The translations under genes and the position numbers were made by a program. From assembly GCA_963819655.1 (NCBI GenBank), contig CAWFXA010000001.1, positions 576,001 to 640,000 of the forward strand: DNA of 64,000 bases, read 5' to 3'. The stretch's first letter is position 1, and every line of letters begins with the position of its first letter. Positions 58,161 through 64,000 of this stretch are shown piece by piece. The stretch comes from an uncultured Chloroflexia bacterium. Lineage in GTDB: Bacteria > Chloroflexota > Limnocylindria > Limnocylindrales > CSP1-4. Under the pieces are notes generated by a model that saw nothing but the letters and a program-made list of their open reading frames with translations, did no database searches and had not been told where the DNA came from.

Positions 58161-58724
58161 GTGGACCAGCGAGGACTCGTCGAACGAGCGAGGCGGGGCG
58201 AGCATGACGCCTTCACTTCGCTCATCGACGTCCACCTCGCGCGGCTGGACGCGGCCGCCCGCCTGATCCTCCGGGACTCGGAGCTCGCGCGCGACGCGGT
58301 CCAGGAGACGCTCATCCGAGCCTGGCGCGATCTACCGGGTCTCCGCGACCCCGACCGCTTCGACGCCTGGCTCCATCGACTCCTCGTCAACGCGTGTCTC
58401 GACCTCGTCCGACGTCGCAAGCGCCGGGTCATCGAGGTCGAGCTCACCCCGATCGATGCTCCGTCCACCCGTGACTTCGCGGGTGGTCTCGCCGACCGTG
58501 AGCTCCTGGATCAGGCCCTTGCGGACCTGCCACCGGGGCATCGCGCGGTCGTCGCCCTGCATTACCTGCTCGGGATGCCGCTGTCAGAGGTGGCGGCCGT
58601 CCTGCGCATCCCGCTCGGGACCGCCAAGTCACGGCTGCATTACGCGCTCGCCGCGATGCGGATGACCGTGGCCGCCGAGCCCGAGCACGTCCCGGCCGCC
58701 GTCGCAGGAGGGCACCTGGCATGA
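58161..58724 (+). CDS. ECF sigma-70 factor (copy 1)
   Basis: ARDAVQE, FDAWL...N, region 4 EVA..L.IPLGTAKSRL. Confidence 0.95.
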   Translation: MDQRGLVERARRGEHDAFTSLIDVHLARLDAAARLILRDSELARDAVQETLIRAWRDLPGLRDPDRFDAWLHRLLVNACLDLVRRRKRRVIEVELTPIDAPSTRDFAGGLADRELLDQALADLPPGHRAVVALHYLLGMPLSEVAAVLRIPLGTAKSRLHYALAAMRMTVAAEPEHVPAAVAGGHLA

Positions 58725-60031
58725 CCTCGCCGCGACGCTTCGAGCAGGACCTGCCGGCGCTCCTCGCCGACATGTACGTCGCCGGGACTCCCGACTACCG
58801 AGATGACCTCGTCCAGCAGGTCGCCCGCGTGCGGCAGCGGCCTGCCTGGACGTTCCCCGAAAGGTGGCTCCCGATGGACCTCGCGACCAAGGCAATGCCT
58901 AGCTCGCCGCGCATCCCATGGCGGATCGTCGGCGTGCTGGCACTCCTGGCGATCCTGATCACCGCGATGCTGGCGGTGTACATCGGCTCACAGCGGCGGC
59001 TTCCGGAGCCGTTCGGTCGGGCCGCGAACGGGTCGATCGTCTTCGTCGCAGACGGCGACATCTATACCGCCGACCCAGTGACCGGCAAGACGACCGCGAT
59101 CGTCGTCGGCCCGGAGACCGACGGTCCACCCGTTTACTCACTCGACGGCACCCGCGTCGTCTTCGAGCGCAAGGTCGAAGGCGATGGCGGCGTCCGGCCC
59201 GGAATGCTGTTCTTGGTCAGGGACGATGGACGCGGGCTCGTCCAGGTCACGCCCGAGCCGCTCGCCGGCCTCGGCTCTTGGAGCTTCTCGCCCGACGGCC
59301 GTTCGATCGTCGCGTTGGTCGTTCGCCAAGCGGGACCCGCGATCATGGTCGTGGCGAGCGACGGCAGCGGCGAGCGGGCCTACTTCGATGTCGGCGCGAC
59401 GCTGGACGATGGCCCTCCGCAGTATCGGCCGGATGGAACCGAGATCATGTTCATCGGACGACAGCCCGGGGCGGCGTATCGCGACCTCTATGCGCTCGAC
59501 GTCGCGAGCGGCAACGTCCGCACCATCATTAGCGGGTCGGTGAGCGCAGACATCCACATGGCCTCCTGGTCGCCGGACGGCACACGTATCGCATACGCCG
59601 ACTACGATCAGAACGCACCAACGTTCTCGACCCGGACGCACATCGTGGCAGCCGACGGTACCGGCGACATCGCCGTCGACACGCATCCAGACAGCATCGC
59701 CGACAATGGGAGCACCTGGTCGAACGACGGAACGCGGCTGATCATCGGCCGGTTCTTTGCGGGTGGCCCGGACGGATACTGGCGTTCGGCTGTCGTTCCG
59801 GTCGATCGGAGCAGCGTCGGAGTCGAGCTCGGATGTCCGCCCGGCGCTCTCCCGGCCGACTGCACGGCCGACTGGATCTGGTCACCCGACGACACCGTCC
59901 TCCTCGGGGCGGCGTCCGACGCGAGCGACCGGCCGATACCGCAATTCCTCGCCGACCCGCTGACCGGTGAGATCCGGCCGGCTCCGTGGACGGCCACCGG
60001 GGATCCCGCCTGGCAGCGCGTCGCGCCATGA
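58721..60031 (+). CDS. Putative anti-sigma: N-terminal cytoplasmic segment, 1 TM, TolB/PD40 beta-propeller (copy 1)
   Basis: ATGA-coupled to sigma; [WF]SPDG repeats; WQRVAP end. Confidence 0.8.
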   Translation: MTSPRRFEQDLPALLADMYVAGTPDYRDDLVQQVARVRQRPAWTFPERWLPMDLATKAMPSSPRIPWRIVGVLALLAILITAMLAVYIGSQRRLPEPFGRAANGSIVFVADGDIYTADPVTGKTTAIVVGPETDGPPVYSLDGTRVVFERKVEGDGGVRPGMLFLVRDDGRGLVQVTPEPLAGLGSWSFSPDGRSIVALVVRQAGPAIMVVASDGSGERAYFDVGATLDDGPPQYRPDGTEIMFIGRQPGAAYRDLYALDVASGNVRTIISGSVSADIHMASWSPDGTRIAYADYDQNAPTFSTRTHIVAADGTGDIAVDTHPDSIADNGSTWSNDGTRLIIGRFFAGGPDGYWRSAVVPVDRSSVGVELGCPPGALPADCTADWIWSPDDTVLLGAASDASDRPIPQFLADPLTGEIRPAPWTATGDPAWQRVAP

Positions 60032-60054
60032 CCCGCTGATCCGCCGATAGCCGG

Positions 60055-60079
60055 GAACGATTCCGGCATCGACGACGCC
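60055..60079 (+). promoter_or_regulatory. Putative ECF promoter GAAC-N15-GACGCC
   Basis: Conserved with 58087-58111. Confidence 0.65.
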
Positions 60080-60130
60080 CTAGGATGTCGAGCACGGCCA
60101 CCTCGGTCGTGCCGACACCCTGAGGCGACC

Positions 60131-60694
60131 GTGGACCAGCGAGGTCTCGTCGAGCGAGCGCAGCGAGGCGATCATGACGCCTTCGCGACGCTGGCCGACG
60201 CGGCCGTCGCGCGCCTGGACGCGGCGGCACGCCTGATCCTCCGTGACACCGACCTTGCGCGGGACGCCGTCCAGGAGGCTCTGGTCCGGAGCTGGCGGGA
60301 CCTCCCCACGTTGCGCGACGTGGACCGGTTCGACGCCTGGCTCCATCGACTGCTCGTCAATGCCTGCCTCGACATGGTCCGGCGCCGCAACCGCCGGGCG
60401 ACCGAGGTGGAGCTGACACCGCTCCACGTCCCCTCCACCGCCGATTTCAGCGGCGGTGTCGTGGATCGCGACCTGCTCGACCGCGCGCTCCGGACTCTCG
60501 AGCCCGGCTGGCGTGCGGTCGTCGTCTTGCATTACTTCCTGGGGATGCCGCTGCCGGACGTCGCGTCCTGCATGGGCATCCCGCTGGGCACGGCGAAGTC
60601 CCGGCTCCACCGCGCGCTCGGCGTGCTCCGCACGACGGTGGCGAACGATGGCGCCGGGGATCCGATCGCGGTGCCGGAAGGGCGGTTCGCATGA
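60131..60694 (+). CDS. ECF sigma-70 factor (copy 2)
   Basis: Close paralog of 58161..58724, both 187 aa. Confidence 0.95.
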   Translation: MDQRGLVERAQRGDHDAFATLADAAVARLDAAARLILRDTDLARDAVQEALVRSWRDLPTLRDVDRFDAWLHRLLVNACLDMVRRRNRRATEVELTPLHVPSTADFSGGVVDRDLLDRALRTLEPGWRAVVVLHYFLGMPLPDVASCMGIPLGTAKSRLHRALGVLRTTVANDGAGDPIAVPEGRFA

Positions 60695-61986
60695 TGCCGA
60701 TCGATCGATTCGAGCGTCAGCTGCCGATGGCCCTGACGGACCTGGCCGCTCCGCGAACGCCCGAATACCTCACAGACATCCTCGGGCGGACCGCCCGCAC
60801 ACGGCAGCGACCCGCCTGGGCATCCATCGAAAGGTGGCTCCCGATGGAACTTGTGACCGCGCGGGTCCCGACGACCCGGATGCCCTGGCGTCGGATCGTC
60901 GTCTTCGCGCTGCTGGTCGTCCTGCTCGCCGCGATGGTCGCGGCCTATGTCGGCTCACGACCACGTCTGCCCGCGCCGTTCGGTCGGGCGGCCAACGGGC
61001 TGATCGCGTATGACGCCCAGGGCGACATCTACTCGCTGGATCCGATGACCGGCCAGACGGCGGCCCTCGTGAGGGGGCCCGCCTTCGATGCGCGGCCCAT
61101 CTTCTCCAGGGATGGAACGCGCTTTGCGTTCGCCCGGATGGACGGGGGTCGCAACGCGCTGCTGTTCGTCGCGAATGCTGACGGCACCAACATGATCCAG
61201 GTCACGCCAGACCCGCTCGATGAATTCGGCCCGTACCACGACGCGTGGAGCTTCTCGCCGGATGGGCGCACGATCCTGGCCACGGCTCTGGTCGAGAACG
61301 CCTTTTCACTGCTGCTCATCCCGACCGATGGGTCGGGCGCCATACGGACGATCGACGTCGGGATGAGTGTCGAGGCGCCATCGTTCCGCCCGCCGAACGG
61401 ATCCGAGATCCTGTTCGTCGGGCATCGAGCCGAGGATGGGGTGACCGGCCTATTCGCCGTCGACCCAACAACGTCGGTCGTTCGAACGATCGTCGAGCCG
61501 ACGACCGGTGTCGGGGTCGGATCCTGGTCGCCGGATGGCTCGCGAATCCTGTACGAATCGATGGATGCCAAGGACGTCTGGCGCACACATGTCATTTCGG
61601 CGGACGGCACGGGCGACGTTCGTGTGTACCACCATCCGGATGCCCTGTCCGATGGCCAGGCGGTCTGGTCGAACGATGGGACACGCCTGGTCATTACGGG
61701 AATCTTCGCTCCGGACGGCTCCGATCATCGCGCGGCAGTGGTCCCGGTCGACGGGAACGGACCCAGCGTCGCGATCCAGTGTCCGAACGTGCGAAGCGAC
61801 GCCCTCGGCGACCTGTGCGCCCGTTGGGTCTGGGCGCCGGACGACGCGTCGATCTTCGGCGTGTACTTCGATTCGAAGGGTCGAGCCGCCCAGCGCCTGT
61901 CAGTAGATCCGATCACCGGAGAGACCGTGGCCGTGCCCTGGCCTGGCGATAACGGGCAGCCGGCCTGGCAACGACTGGCGCCATAA
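60691..61986 (+). CDS. Putative anti-sigma with TolB/PD40 beta-propeller (copy 2)
   Basis: Paralog of 58721..60031; WQRLAP end. Confidence 0.8.
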   Translation: MMPIDRFERQLPMALTDLAAPRTPEYLTDILGRTARTRQRPAWASIERWLPMELVTARVPTTRMPWRRIVVFALLVVLLAAMVAAYVGSRPRLPAPFGRAANGLIAYDAQGDIYSLDPMTGQTAALVRGPAFDARPIFSRDGTRFAFARMDGGRNALLFVANADGTNMIQVTPDPLDEFGPYHDAWSFSPDGRTILATALVENAFSLLLIPTDGSGAIRTIDVGMSVEAPSFRPPNGSEILFVGHRAEDGVTGLFAVDPTTSVVRTIVEPTTGVGVGSWSPDGSRILYESMDAKDVWRTHVISADGTGDVRVYHHPDALSDGQAVWSNDGTRLVITGIFAPDGSDHRAAVVPVDGNGPSVAIQCPNVRSDALGDLCARWVWAPDDASIFGVYFDSKGRAAQRLSVDPITGETVAVPWPGDNGQPAWQRLAP

Positions 61987-62002
61987 ACGCCCCGGAAAAG
62001 GT

Positions 62003-62034
62003 TGAACCCCGGGTTGGTCGGGACCCGGGGTTCA
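62003..62034 (-). terminator. Intrinsic terminator downstream of the tRNA (possibly bidirectional)
   Basis: TGAACCCCGGGT / ACCCGGGGTTCA stem; short U-tract on minus strand. Confidence 0.75.
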
Positions 62035-62045
62035 GGAAGAAAGCT

Positions 62046-62120
62046 TGGTTGCGGGGAAGGGATTCGAACCCTTGACCTTCGGGTTATGAGCCCGACGAGC
62101 TGCCGCTGCTCCACCCCGCG
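62046..62120 (-). tRNA. tRNA-fMet (CAT), initiator
   Basis: CGCGGGG...CTCATAA...GGTTCGAATCC...CCGCAACCA; C1:A72 mismatch, three G:C pairs in the anticodon stem, encoded CCA. Confidence 0.96.
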
Positions 62121-62193
62121 ACGGCGAATGATAGAGGTGGGCCCGGAATCGGTCAAATGCGTCGGCCCGGGCGCGGCCGAGGGGCCATGACGG

Positions 62194-63549
62194 TCATCCG
62201 CTTGCGGGAGCCGGCGCCTGGGACGGCTGGGCGACCCGTCCGTGGAGCGCCGGCCCGCCCACGACGACGGCGATGAGCAGCGTCACCAACATCACAGCGC
62301 TGAACGCGTAGAACGGGAACAGGATGTTCTGCTCCGCCAGGAGACCCGCCGTCACCGATGCCACGATGAACCCGAGCGTCCCGGCCGCGCCGAACAGTCC
62401 CTGTGCCGTCGACGAGCGGCCTGGCGGCGAACCCGCCGCGACGACCGCGTACAGCGCCGGGTTCAGAAATGCGAACCCCGTCGCCTCGATCAGGATCAAG
62501 GGCACGGCGAAGGATGGGTCCCGCATGAACGTGTACAGGATGCCGGTCACGGCCGGTAGGACCATCCCGAGGACGATGAACGCAAAAGAGCCGCGCCGGT
62601 CGACCAGCCGCCCCGCGAACGGCGAGAGGATCAGCACCGGCAGGCCGAACATCGCGAAGGTCAGGCCGATGAGCGCCAGATCCGCGCCGAGTCCCTGGAG
62701 GAAGAGGCTCCAGATCACCTCGTACGTGCCGCCACCGTAATAGCCGCCGACATTCAGGATGATTGCGGCGATCAGGCCGCGGTTCAGGAGCCGCATCGCA
62801 CGGCCATCGGAGGGGCCCCGGTCGGCGACAGAGGCACTGTCGGCAACCAGGGCGGCGGCCGCTCTGCCCTCGACGTAGGGTGAGTCGGGCGGCAGCGTGG
62901 TCCGATCGGACCAGGGCGATGCGCCGGCCTTGTGGGCTGGACCCTCCTCGCGGACACGGAGCGCGATCGCCACAGCGGCGACGATCGCGGCGATGGCGCT
63001 GAACACGAATACGAAGCCGATGCCGCCGAACTGACCGGCCCCGAATGCACCGATAGACGGGCCGATCAGCAGCCCGCCCATCTGGGCGGCTCCGTACAGG
63101 CCGAACGCCTCGCCACGACGCTCGGGCGGCGTGGCATCGGTCAGGAAACCACGCGCGGCGGGGTCGTAGATCGCGGACCCCAGACCCGCGCCGGCGCGGA
63201 GCAGGAGGAACGCGACCGGGCCGGTCCAGACCAACGGCAACGCGCCGAACACGCCCGTCGCGACCAACCCGATGACCATCAGCGGCACCCGGGCCGTGCG
63301 GTCGGCCAGCCAGCCGAAGATCGGCTCGCTGACCAGGCGGGCAGCCGGCCACGCCGCGATCACCAGCCCGAGCGTCGCCAGATCGACACCCTGCTCGTTG
63401 AAATAGATCGGCAACACGGGCAGCAGGCCACCGAAGCCGACCCAGACGGTGAACTCGGCCACGAGCAGCGGCAGGATCGGGCCCCAGCGGTCGAGCCAGG
63501 CCCGGAGTCGGGCATACATCGGAGGCGAGCGTACCGGCCCGACAACCAC
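62194..63549 (-). CDS. MFS transporter (12 TM)
   Basis: [25 protein letters not shown]; start may be ATG 63519. Confidence 0.9.
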   Translation of the reverse strand: MVVGPVRSPPMYARLRAWLDRWGPILPLLVAEFTVWVGFGGLLPVLPIYFNEQGVDLATLGLVIAAWPAARLVSEPIFGWLADRTARVPLMVIGLVATGVFGALPLVWTGPVAFLLLRAGAGLGSAIYDPAARGFLTDATPPERRGEAFGLYGAAQMGGLLIGPSIGAFGAGQFGGIGFVFVFSAIAAIVAAVAIALRVREEGPAHKAGASPWSDRTTLPPDSPYVEGRAAAALVADSASVADRGPSDGRAMRLLNRGLIAAIILNVGGYYGGGTYEVIWSLFLQGLGADLALIGLTFAMFGLPVLILSPFAGRLVDRRGSFAFIVLGMVLPAVTGILYTFMRDPSFAVPLILIEATGFAFLNPALYAVVAAGSPPGRSSTAQGLFGAAGTLGFIVASVTAGLLAEQNILFPFYAFSAVMLVTLLIAVVVGGPALHGRVAQPSQAPAPASG

Positions 63550-63663
63550 CCGCGAGGGCGTGTTGCTGGGAGTGCATTGCCGGCCGCGACCGGTAACAGA
63601 CCGCTAACGAAGCCCCACCTATACTTGCCGTTCTCCAACCCGATCCCACAGGTGCGCCGCCGC

Positions 63664-64000
63664 ATGGATGTCATCACCGCCGAAGGCCTGGTCAAGGTCT
63701 ACAAGACAAGAAAGCACGAGGTCCGCGCGCTCGACGGCGTCGACCTGTCCGTCGCCGAGGGCACCGTCCTGGGTCTGCTCGGGCCCAATGGCGCGGGGAA
63801 GACGACGACCGTCAGGATCCTCGCGACGCTTCTGAAGCCCGACGCTGGGCATGCCACGGTCGCCGGCTACGACGTGGTCAGCGAAGCCCAGCACATCCGG
63901 ACACTGATCGGCCTGTCCGGCCAGTACGCGGCGGTCGATGAGAACCTGACGGGCCGCGAGAACCTGTGGATGTTCGGGACGCTCTATCAGCTCTCGAGCG
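63664..64000 (+). CDS. DrrA-like ABC ATP-binding protein, truncated by window end
   Basis: [33 protein letters not shown]. Confidence 0.9.
   Translation, partial: MDVITAEGLVKVYKTRKHEVRALDGVDLSVAEGTVLGLLGPNGAGKTTTVRILATLLKPDAGHATVAGYDVVSEAQHIRTLIGLSGQYAAVDENLTGRENLWMFGTLYQLSS

Noticed and set aside
58050-62120. Integrative element at the tRNA-fMet 3' end carrying the ECF cassettes
   Set aside because: No integrase and no duplicated tRNA 3' end (att) seen; a normal terminator follows the tRNA

Overview
High-GC bacterial chromosomal window; gene content and protein style suggest Chloroflexota, Limnocylindria-like (inference, not verified). (1) 1-31.3 kb: an accessory 'sulfatase/membrane-protein island' with FGE, two cytoplasmic Cys-type arylsulfatases, two SulP, NhaP, a K+ channel, three AI-2E genes, SPFH, SHOCT, DUF6325, GAP, CYTH, CYTH-Ppx and several decayed genes. 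Its promoters share a 17-bp palindrome TCAYCC-N5-GGRTGA (10 good sites). (2) 31.4-48 kb: FAH/hppD, DinB, DUF5317, S9 peptidase, proC, ferredoxin and a polyamine ABC transporter. (3) 48-58 kb: an A2-type heme-copper oxidase locus with two fused blue-copper domains. (4) 58-64 kb: two tandem ECF sigma/beta-propeller anti-sigma modules, initiator tRNA-Met, an MFS transporter and a partial ABC ATPase. Top candidate for a new system: two unannotated signal-peptide-like micro-ORFs (32 and 27 aa) that both end [E/D]-x-A-R-R-W-stop. One lies directly behind DUF5317, which carries signal-peptidase-II-like motifs, suggesting a peptide-signal maturation system. No CRISPR, rRNA, integrase or transposase was seen. 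All family calls are from motif recognition, not database searches.
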